Shown here in pieces: positions 40,101 through 47,700 of a stretch of 64,000 nucleotides of DNA. The DNA lies in IMG/VR virus record IMGVR_UViG_3300028888_000090, one strand, 5' to 3'. Source of the DNA: an uncultured virus (IMG/VR IMGVR_UViG_3300028888_000090) (lineage: Duplodnaviria > Heunggongvirae > Uroviricota > Caudoviricetes > Crassvirales). The translations under genes were made by a program, and so were the position numbers. How positions within the stretch are numbered: the first letter of the stretch is position 1; every line of letters starts with the position of its first letter. The notes under the pieces were generated by a model that searched no databases, was not told the origin of the DNA, and saw nothing but the letters and a program-made list of their open reading frames with translations.

Positions 40101-41742
40101 TAAGAATTTCATAAACTTTAGCAACAGCTTTAGTAGCAAACTCTCCATTGGGAGATTTCTTAATATATCTAGAGTTATCACTAAGATATTTTTGAAGATT
40201 GTTTACAAGTTCAATATTGTAATTATAATCTTGTCTAGGAACAGAACTTCTTACAGTATTAAAAAACTCTTGACGAAGAGCATCAAGTTTATTACTTTTC
40301 TTATTACTAATTTCAAGTTTTCTATCAGAACCTTCTTGAATTACATTAACTTTAGCAATTATTTTCTTACCAAAATTAGTATAAAAAGCAAAAGCCGCAG
40401 TCTTATCTGAAGCAAGATAATCAGCAAGATAACTAAAACCGCCAAAACCAGGAAGAGAAGAAGCAATATCTCTAATAGATTGAATGAAAGAATCTACATC
40501 GCTAATATTAGCATAATGATATAAAACAGTAGCACATTTATTAGCATCCATCGTAGTCTTCATTCCAAGACTATTATCTAAGTCATAATCTAATTCACCA
40601 TTTTTACGTTGGTCGCTATTAAGTTGAGGAATAGAATCTAAGAATGCTTTAATATCTTTATTAACATGAGTCATAGCAGAAGCATAAGTACCACTATGAT
40701 CGTACAAAGTAATACTTAAATCTACATCATCGTCAGTAGGAGTTTCTCCTTCAACATTGTTCTCACCCTCGTCTTCAGCAACTGCATCAACTGCATCTTT
40801 TTCGTTTTCATCATTTTCTTCATCACTTCTATCATTACGAAGAAAATCAAGTTTACTATTTAGCATAAGTTCATCAAAATAATCATTAGTGTTCTGATAA
40901 ACTTCTATAAAAGTAGCAGCTAAATTTTGGTCTTGAAGAGAGATATTTTTACCACCAAGAGCGTTATCTATATAATTTCTATCAACAACAGTTATAGGCT
41001 TTCCTTTTTCATCAGGAACAACTTTAAATAATTTCTTTGTAACAACATCAGCAGGTTCACCTGTCTGTAAAACAATTCTAGAAACAAGTTCTTTACGTAA
41101 AGAAGATGTAGCAGCTAATTTATAATATTCGATGTTTTTACTATAAACATCAAAATTACTTTTAATATTATGTGCTTGAAGATGTTCTCTAATAGCTTCA
41201 ACACTTGTAGATTTTCTAATAACAGGTATTAAAGCTTTCTTCTCTTCGTCAGATAATTTAGATTTATTAATTTTATCTACAGCGATAAGTTTTGCTCTAA
41301 CTACTAAATCTTTCTTTCCTTCTTCAGAATCAGGAACAAATCTAAATAAACTTTTAATATGTTGATCAAGAAGAGCGCTAGTAACTACACGTTTACCGTC
41401 AATTCTAGCAGCAGCAGAAGTATAACCATAAGAAGCAATGTTTTCACCAGCTTTAGTAATTCTGCTACTATCTGTCGCACTAGGCACAGATTCTTTATAA
41501 TAATCAAGAATTATATCTCTTAATTGATTTGGATTATCTCCATTAAGATTAACTTCTTTCTTGTATTTATCTTTATACCATTTAGCAAAAGATGCAGATG
41601 GCGTATAAACACCATCTGCATTAATACTATTAGTAACAAGATTTACAATTTGTTGTAATAACTTTCTATTAGTTCCACAATAAGTTTCAAGACTTCTTAA
41701 AGCTGCGGTTTTTTCAAGTTTTAAATCAACGTTACAAGCCAT
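28195..41742 (-). CDS. giant virion-packaged DNA-dependent RNA polymerase (crAss type), 4515 aa
   Basis: GYRIPTEGKQS and QTGSDFDIDSVY (DxDxD at 36496-36510), as in crAss-like and phi14:2 gp66-type RNAPs; size and position next to the tail genes. Confidence 0.9.
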   Translation of the reverse strand: MACNVDLKLEKTAALRSLETYCGTNRKLLQQIVNLVTNSINADGVYTPSASFAKWYKDKYKKEVNLNGDNPNQLRDIILDYYKESVPSATDSSRITKAGENIASYGYTSAAARIDGKRVVTSALLDQHIKSLFRFVPDSEEGKKDLVVRAKLIAVDKINKSKLSDEEKKALIPVIRKSTSVEAIREHLQAHNIKSNFDVYSKNIEYYKLAATSSLRKELVSRIVLQTGEPADVVTKKLFKVVPDEKGKPITVVDRNYIDNALGGKNISLQDQNLAATFIEVYQNTNDYFDELMLNSKLDFLRNDRSDEENDENEKDAVDAVAEDEGENNVEGETPTDDDVDLSITLYDHSGTYASAMTHVNKDIKAFLDSIPQLNSDQRKNGELDYDLDNSLGMKTTMDANKCATVLYHYANISDVDSFIQSIRDIASSLPGFGGFSYLADYLASDKTAAFAFYTNFGKKIIAKVNVIQEGSDRKLEISNKKSNKLDALRQEFFNTVRSSVPRQDYNYNIELVNNLQKYLSDNSRYIKKSPNGEFATKAVAKVYEILKHYYTTLEDYSISNFVYKNKKENGEVDIIHNIGLLINQARSCVEASKESQDKYNKMLDDARDIRSNNKRIRQQKLEMMQAGERTDSLPELKDETDLYAKDYMSEKQKNAAIALSDLLVNYALVKVENNSINPLGNQSSDVINSSFLTGTMEVLKNKAILEQYGTFKFQSQQYNFSNILLEHVDEDGDIVYGLFRKQGDTVVPTEYAQDLLEIALYNGARNYDEEKGITYPQHSKGDYLAGQFASFTNSGKKVTKNINFAGYFMRTPSDAPKNFVIYAPKYSASNLFTTLNKDKVNERIKDIKKEMVAKGFSGDIATFGVNKTPVTIRRVDTVVNHFVKKDNDVELPEWVTRTLEEGKEYTIKFQYKSEDSTNEQNVYLLKGTYQGGMLVNANFEGIYNNNLSDEVKNELDFAINRQLDKEGFIQREINSKNILIKQLKNMFRQEILDAATALNKFFVTATEDVTDEQGNVLYKKGGVVLRDENGNVRWQEGLSHNGREIDGAYDNYHHKKGVIIKEENGEEKLVGNVFHSDRFTVYDEDDNAVKNYGEELMQALFNPLYGGADGSFIHTIIDNNGKVIDVEITPEQDVAINQMLDKYIQHLIKDASTRLESFENVIGDKNLTTENIAEFVLNYQIAYNNFNDLFEGDSKFYKDAQTFLKRAKEVQGSGVPYGIANFSNTFKTERSVIASPLASTKFYGGKTVQQFDKFAGVTVVNTVTHNEKTLNTIVDTLVKAGTDRAQAEKLMDGFKKTTVNDAQSYITFEEWIRRITARGQLNKYKHLIDKVLSGKELNGAELNEFIQVQKNFYYDQNYDVTSGIFAPRQIKNAEFVLVPQLIKGTQLEVVAELMKKHEIDQLNTEETSKAGKTNTLSIFDAKTGEVHQDIIDEINGKGTSNFTKHLNEVGRAKQLYSYEFLYTQQETPQHVDVENKAGIQIMKKILDNIDPSNKELYALKQRFIECYTSNIRESARNLFTELGLSLDKNGNPKVTYNEKGEPEIKGLKLSVFYDKLKAELFRLGYDSNMLDYVTMDDTNENPIMPNFMSMVGQKLESIAQSIFNHSITRQKLPGFHAAQITNVGFKATGDKFSYSNELRYHTNSKGEYVDYVEIMLPASAFSFKRRNADGTLKPKGKIEENGQPTPGSLLEELYNANLQDVIGYRIPTEGKQSIAKMRVVGFIDDALGSTIVVPNEWVAQTGSDFDIDSVYGIQHSTYIDENGKIQQYTGGEKSAEDMTREERNNAIVQSMLDILSNPKTLEEIMSRSNFEDISHSPNEKENDPGGALQQVASETFMNRRNGRSTYNVLDQADYQEDTMSGAKLKGFSVTRDNFCSVCNTVKPIVNDTKSIDVVYSYDVISYEDAVKRYGAKNVTNIPNKKQVRITHNMFGWSLDNKNVVGKILTAYSSQTTAHILDAVKEGSVPNVNDFSFGVYKLFPDLGIDYKTAIAFMMQNGVTRIIRENNNSKSIYVNDTQKPIIQAIRQIAKELGIKTKEYTPIIEVLDAINKKYGDRIRSVLGIQELTLVDKDLNIPFDAEKLKANITSPVEGIDGLIFDLGVVLQYNKLKHLADEVGNLARVCNPDKFGAKQSIYATNKVFDDINDMLSKNKDYALKVENKSILEAIYPGISEGIEKYMQNKNNDSAYSILNTFLKYSTAPSVIINRTLFETQSEEFRTFIKGLGDFLSNNSKLTETQYKNFEKYVISALYYDCDRLILPITYNKRASKNVWATPLPKDLQPEEHETYLRQAKEEERARIFGYRTTPEPTMIITHDDGTEEVVDFAIKDVARPTQTDINNFARLTPAQKVDFIQQNFRDAGIFSNLIVNLFNVRDISGKKAGTQTIEFVEDTISKEDAYIQFEEAFTNRNPLIALAAYDLVKYSFIVEGYKISKRGISKIIPNSVLYNDWGYTGTGVVAELKNKFKTISDSLSNNVYIDYVRGHYKSLNIPFKRVTKVNKKGFELTKTNGIIFIPDLEDNKALLDKYKITYKVGDESDVKTNAFVRLKFDQEDEVLYRIVKNNQGYFLYPLNPLEENEHGEFSSNSANWKQFSTKYYQQILSDIEKETSVDRSKIGVIASNYKASDYKKKVNAETQKKAGSIPFDERKPMPEHVISEAQKFYSVAANNDKTMFITDEGLTRHIFRTGKNAGLIEYLDINHTINGETTVETKPVKIYKLTNDEVHNSIEPYLGEGRNKTIDETHRKYIAIIEELREHNIVKILDTNKEGYKYQLTPIFAIEPRTANTEPTTQTTSAIKKSRLTEGRNATVTDVAGDIYKSVNRVITADAADADTIRVRQYWRDKTITGDKKSIEANLNTIIRSGAEYITKRVESITDQLQYFVKDPGGDGYLAVNSPEVIDLIYKDPKRRNRLLKLLLEAEAIVENNMSVLELDIKAQDSNLQSYLNKIKSKLQELQNSNIIGEARNLFANEYLKRYSTNPLIKQDLISVINGFYSTNYLESWINDMQETPNTMLQIITKVVTSDIFAKQKLAQQRVREFDKKLKEIEAKAAKRGFTIDWKNIVDKDGRLIQNYDPKLLVDMYELRDKSIAARDAYNNGEGSYRDYLEAKLEYDKWKLAHINQEIDDDYYRRRIELDDAMLHGKQPTPDETAFTGSSERGPNYADIFVKYKELEARRRDLYSHAVNGYLDPYYQEELDKVAAEISSLIDDSYVNPLTGKVEHFRQEYSPDFNPLTGTDEEKRIKIMYSAPHQRALKQYIQDVIDLNKEYFQRDAEFGFYEELDKNRRTINDRERRDANGNITVPMSELMEDPAYVAAKEWLAHSAKFIINDDGRAELNKAFSVLRKAGTRTELKRIVEGHKAKDERGVINAKDFTKEDIKKIKDEQIREQNYHDSNIFSDRTLIKNGTPSTVIYKPTFYAGLKTSGVDNAQWYAKVNEINQILEKYWDNQNQQVRLDWIPDTEEGRAELRHLGNLYQQLHATRKKEGASDEEIKSVIDFREANVDENLSPEDKAIFDAQQTIAYGKGPGGKDSKYAQAWNQCCYLVVDVYNKETKSFDTKVIPNPYLFGSLHPKAEVADKFIDKEKTEAINLINKTYVATPTEYYYQKIAEVSKQGKEAFNKWYYENHVWNPSTRTYEPIRCWTTYTYRDTSRNKGDWMPLWENTRSTVRDDATNPNYVPGVGHAMNYKTGTGYDNPKIDKQNEYEKQLKTYVQDLLYSLVHTDSGLRYLNKGYLPSQHRAPDTDAKFIGNEFLKALGWISYHTGKEDFLRDVGYDTDRTIAMPMLSLLDQKDVHKEAAKKNIVEPTKKDNESDEEFAKRNADYEAEIKKLEEANVEAHRAALNQDWPAVLRSFITQASHFNAIQDNKYMLFTGKRILEKLETYASRYGGMSDFEKDFANSTENSAEYRSKKETDLIKQYENWVRRLVYDQWKEPKDNLTKWASRLQSLTSAQYMMMNIRGGIANVTLGTTQILAESFAKEYFGGKAWAKGIALWNSSIISQFAKRDDDDSTSLADAIIKWFNVVDYDEQVGKSKIVENPTMKGFNKFTRAMYSPQTIGENFMQNSALFAMLYDHRVFVDEDPHTHQPTIKFMNFAEYTREKEIAILNSIISDEQKDKLNAKIEEAKADANKLKDYAWYKKDFVHEFVMYELTPEQRKEYADKKNRRKDYQKQLETEFKQAPTMMEQLSLSDEGYMQIKPDSLLSTAGFNTTDKNNPVSEAYKMLADFRGRVIPVNKKIHGVYDKLGQAQLEKKWYGSLVMQYHKHIYPGMMKRWRVKGMYNEQRGTIEKGSYISLLHFLATPVEKMKHDKSLSDAEVGALKSIQNLFKEIFDFCTHIGMYWNILPDYDKANIRRNFGDICGVVSAICLAMALRAIDDDDKEDSIAYNLALYEADRLASESFQFNPIGIGAEWKKLWSTPIAAQSGLQDLISTMGFVSDWIFDDEFDPTYHSGRFAGQNKFVVRLKRRIPIYRGINTGIFEITESNHYYKMGQNMLNSKLVENMMEWAEGDEDDYED

Positions 41743-41772
41743 ATCATTAACATTTAAAATTAAACAATTAAT

Positions 41773-44700
41773 TTACTTACAACTAATACTTATTTCACCA
41801 TTTTCTATTTTATCTATAATTTTTGGTTGTTCCTCAATAGGAAAAGAAGAAATATAGGCAGATATAGATGGTACTGTATTTTCTCTAATTCTGCTATGTT
41901 TGATATTATTATCTGTTTTACTAAATGTACCTACATTATCAGTAGCTGATTTGATTTGATTAGAATTAAATACTACATATTCCATTCCATTTGAATGATT
42001 GATTCCATCATAACCAGCTAGTAAATTATCTAAATCGTTAGTATAAACATCTCCCGCATCAAGATTTCTTATTTTACCAAAAGTAATAAGTCTAATTAAT
42101 CGATTTTTAACTGTAGTACTAAATTTTACGTTAAATGGATTTCTTATATTCAAAAATACATTATAAATTTTACCGTTTTCTTTATAAAGTCTTGTATAAT
42201 TTTCTCCTATTTGTATATCTTTTGAAAAATATACTCCAACTCTATTTTTACGATGTAGATTCGTTTTTATTACATCTGCCGGTAGTTCTTCAGTCCTTGG
42301 ATTAAAAACATCTATATTTGCTTGACCACCATGATAAACAACTAAAGGCTCACCATTCTCATCTACTACTTTAGAAGCGTTAGCAGCATCATTTTCCCAA
42401 TCACCAAACCAATCTTTAAATGCTTTAGTTCTAACTTGTAACCATTGTCTTTCAGTAAGATTAGTAGGATTGCCATTAGGAGCTTTCATAAAAGTGCTAT
42501 CAGCAATAGCTTTATCTTTAATAGATTGCATTTCAGGAGTATAATTAGTAGAAGTTTCTTCTCTAATTCTACTACCAAAAATATCCATATCATCATCGTT
42601 CAATACATCAGCTGCGTCTGATTGAAGAAAATCAAGAAATTCTTCATTTGTTTTTTCAGTAGTTTCTTCAGTATTTTCTTCAAAATTAATTTCTAACTGA
42701 CTATCACTGCTTAAAACATCTCTTAAAAGTTTAAATTCTTTCTCATAAAGAGAACCTTGTTTAATATCTATTCCAATAATCTTTGCCAATAACTTCATTA
42801 TCTTTTGGAATAGACTTTCTTTCTTAGTTTTATCTTCAGTAGAAGTAGTTTCTATATTGTTAAGAGCATTAGCAAGCTCGTTGCTAGTTAAAGTTTCAAC
42901 TAAAAATTCTTCAAGACCTTCTTGATTAAGTTTACCATCAGTATAATATCTAGCTTCATCCCATTTATAAAGATATTTATTTAGTTCTTCATTAGTATTT
43001 TTTTCAGCAAATTCATCAAAAACTTCTCTAATTTGTTCAACATATTTGCTATTTTCTCCAGATAAAAGGATATGCAGTTGTTCGTGAATAAGTTTTTTAG
43101 CAGCTTGTTTACGTTCTTCTATATTATCATTAGTAGCCATTTCTAACCATTCTTTACCTAGAACAACAGTTTTTGCAGGTATTAGAATTTGAGTATCTTC
43201 ATGTAGTAAAGGTCTATCGCTTGTATTAACAAGAGCATTATCCTCGATATTTCTATCTACAAAGATAATATTTTTTGGAAATAACTTGTACTTTTTTTTG
43301 CCAAAACTAAGACTTTTTCTAACTTTTTTACCAAACAATAAATCAGCAAGTTTTTCAGCTTTGTTTTTAATACGTTTACTATTAAGAACATCAAGAATTT
43401 CAGTTTCTCTAGGATTAGCAACAGTTGAAGCAGTTGTAGATTCTTCCACACTTTCTTCTACAGGGGAGGTAGTATCATTACTTATTTTAACATAAAGTTG
43501 TTGATTTGCTCTATAATTATCAGAAATTCTGTTAAAATTACTTCTACCATCAGGAGTAGGTTCAGTTGTAGCAAGTACTAAATCATTATCAAGAACAAAA
43601 TCATTATAAGAAGCAAAAGTAAAATCTCCTTGATTAGGAATAGATACTATGTATTCACCATTAGTACCTCGTTTTGTAAGATATTGTCTTTCAGCATGAC
43701 CTAAATCTGAATTAATAGCTGCAAAACTAAGATTAAAAGTACAACAATGTTCAATAGCATTAATTATTTCTTCAGCTAATTGATTATTATCTAAAATTTG
43801 TCCTGATTTACGAGCAATACCGTCATTCCAAACATCTATATAAACATTCTTATCATTTTTAGACGTTCTATAACTAAAAGTAAAACCTCTAGAATTTCTA
43901 GGATTATCACCAATTGTAATATTAGTTTCTTCTTCAGAATTTGAATCAAAAAATGAAGCAGTAGAATTTGGTTTATTGGTTCCTTGTGTATAAACAGGTA
44001 AAACTTTTCTTAAAAGTGTTTGAAGAGTTTTAGCCTTGTCATCTTGAAACATTTTATCATCACTACAAATTCTACGAATTTCGGAATAGATAGCATTTTT
44101 AATATCTTTAGCAGTTTTACTAATACTGTTAGAATTTACTTTTTGACGAAAAGCGTGAACAAAAGCATGATTACCATCTCTAGCTGGAATAGCAATCCAA
44201 GTACGTCCTTGTTTAGCTTGACTCCATTCATATCTTGTTGAACCGTTAATTCCACCTCCAGCTAAAGTAATAGCATTGTTATCTAAGCATATACCTAGTT
44301 TAACTTTACCTTTATGATTACTACCAATTGCTTTACTTACAGGAAGTTTTTTATCTTGTTTAGTTTCAATTCTATCACCTTCTGTAATTTTATTTACTTC
44401 TACTTCAAGATTTGGGTTTTCTTTAAGTTTTTGAATAAAAACATAACTAGGAGCAACTCTTTCTTTAAACCATTGTTGAATGTCTTGTTGTCTAGCTTCT
44501 AAAATAGAACCATCAAAATTACCACCATTAGCTCTAGTATATTGCCAAACTTTAGCAATACCTTTAAGAAGTTTTTCATAATCAGGAGTATCAACTGTAA
44601 GTTTACTAGCAACAGCTTTCTTAACTTCTTTATTTTCTTTAAATTGTTTAACTAGTTCAGACTTATCACCATTATAATTAGGATCTAAATATTGAAGAAT

Positions 44701-47700
44701 AATATCGTTAAGTTCTTTAACATCAGAATTAGTGGTATCAGTAGCCCATCTTATAAATAAATCTTGAAGTTTACTTTGAATATTTCCACCTTGAACAATT
44801 TTAATATCAGTATTCCAATTGTCATTATCTTGATAAAGAGTACCATCGTTAGAAACTTTTGGATAAGGAAGTGAACCAATTTTTACACCATTAACTGTAA
44901 AAATAAGACCTCTATCTTCTCTTGTAATATCAATTTTATCACCAGGTTGAATATTATCAATAACTTCATAAAACGCTTTTCTAGCATTTTCGTCTCTAGA
45001 AGTTTCAACTTGTCTAAGAACATTAAGATAATCAATACCTAATTGCTGTTCACTAGTGTCAAAACTACTAATATCTTTTCTAAGTCTTTCTTGAACTCTA
45101 TCAGGATTACTATCAGTTACAACATAATTTTTATTATCTTTAACATGCTCAAGAAGACTATTAAGAAGTAATCCAGCAGAAAGTTTATCATTCAAAACTT
45201 TATCACAATATCTGCATAAAGCTTCAATATTGATATATCTTTTACCATTAACTATATCAATACCGACTTCAGAATTAAAAACATCAAGAAGTTTTTGAAC
45301 AGAATCAGAAAACTCTTTTTTAGCTTCTTCATTAGAAGTATTTTCTCTAAGTCTAGAAGATTTAGCAATAACATCTGTAACAGCGTCAACAGATTGAACA
45401 CCTTTACGTTCAGCTAATTTCTTACCTGCTCTAATTACACTTTCAATATCTTCAGTTATAGTTTGACTAGTGTTACCATCAGGTTGATATTTATCATTAA
45501 GTCTTTTTCTAAAATCATCCCAATCAATATCTTTTTTATCTTTAATAGCAGCACTAACTTCAGAAATCATATCTGCATTAGCAAGACTCTTAACATCATT
45601 AGCATCATAAGGTATTTCAGCAGCTTTACTAGTATCTTCAGCAGGTTTCTCTTCTTGAACACCAGCAACTTGCTCTGGAGAAAGTTGAGGATTAACTACC
45701 TCCCCTGTAGAAGCAATTTGTTGCTGTCTTTGTTGTTCATCATCAACAGCATTAGCTTCTGCTTGAGCAGCATTATCAGTAGTTGCAAGGGCTAAAGCAC
45801 CTTTCTCAATAACATTACCTTGTCTATCGATAATAGGTTTTTTAGCAATTATATAATTATCATTAGTTAAATCAACACCTTCTTCTTGAGTAAAAAGATT
45901 AAAGTTATTAAAATGTTTAACATTATTAGTAGTAGAATTAAAAGTAACTTTAAATTGGTCAGGATTATCTGTTGCCATAAAAGTATAATTACCATCTGTA
46001 TCAACAGTTACTTCATCACCAATATTAGCAACATTAAGACCACTTGGATTATTATTTTGGGATTGTGTCGGTTGTGTATTAGTTTGCACTCTATTTGCCT
46101 CTATTTGTGCTTCTTTCTGCCCAATTTCGGTTTGTTGTGCCTCAGTCGATACATTATCCCTATTTTGGTTTTGAGTGCCTAAATCCGCATTTTGAATCGT
46201 GGAAGAATTTTTTATTGTTCTACTATCTTTATCGGCATCTTGTGCAGCTTTAACTGCATCATGAATAGCAAGAATTGAATCTATTTCTACAGCAAGATCT
46301 GAATTAAGTTTTTCAGAAAGATTAAGAGTATCAAGAACTTCATTAAGAAGATTCTTATCATCTTCAGTCATATTTACACCAGTATAATCTAGTGGTTTGC
46401 CATTATATCTTTGAGTAACAAGATTTCTAATATTTTCAGAACCATAAGTATCGGCAAGATGTTCAAGAGTTTTTTTAGAATCAGCAATTTTTTGTTTTCT
46501 AACTTCATTCATATAATTATGAATATAACCAACTTCTTGTTCAACTTCTTCATCATTAAGTTTAATATTAGTACGTTCAGCATCAATCATATATTGCAAT
46601 GAAGCAAGAGTTGCATAAGCTTCACCAAGTTCTTTACTGATATTAGAAATATTAGTTTCGTTTTTAGCTAAAGCTCTAGTCATATTTTGACTAAGAACAT
46701 CTCTAGCACCAAAATGACGTTCTTCGATACCAACAAGTTTGTTATCAAGTTTCTCAAAATATTTAGTATCTTTAGAAAGAAGAGCATTAGTAAAATCTAC
46801 ATATTCTTTTCTACGACCAGTTTCTAAATATTCACCATTAAATTTTTCATAACTAAGACTAGTTTGAATAGCGAAAAGAAGATTCTCAATAGTATTTTCA
46901 GGATTAAGTTCTGCAACTTGTTTTTTAACTACAGCTATATTAGCATCTAATTCTCTAAGTTTTTCTTTACCAGAAATAGAATTAGCAAGTTTTTTATTAT
47001 CAAGAATTGCTTTTTTATCAGCTTCAAGTTGACCAAGTTTCTCGCTTAACCATCTAAGTCTAATAGCTTCTTTATAATTAATATTAGCATCTATTTTATC
47101 ATTTTCTTCAAGATCGTGTTGAAGACTAGTAGCATCTTCACTCCAAGAAGCTAATTGACGTTGAAGATTTTCAACTGTAAGTTGAGCAGCAATATTATTT
47201 CTTGCAATAATCTGAAGATATTCAGTAGGAATATGAGTACCATTTTTAGCATAAATGTTCTTAGAAATAGCATTTAATCTACGAACATTATCATCATATC
47301 TATCTTGAACTTTTTGAATAGCTTCAACATCTTCTCTTTGAATAGCATCAGCTTCTTCTTTAGTAACAATACCTTTATCAATAAGAGCTTGTTTTACATT
47401 ATCATCTTCAAGATATCCTTTAAGCATATCGACAGTACCACTATCCATAGCATTAAGAGCAAGTTCTGTTCTTCTTTGTTCACGAAGAGCTTGAAGATAA
47501 ATTTCTTTCTCTTCTGCACTTATTTCATTATTATCAAGAACTTGTTTTACATTAGCTTGATAATTATTTTCAAGAGCAAGTCTGTTTTCAATACTAGCTT
47601 TAACTCTTTTAACATCAGGAAGTTCCCAAAGTTCTTTCCACTTAGTACTAGCATTTACATCTTCACCCGTTTTTTCATTAGGTTTATTCTTTTTCTTTTC

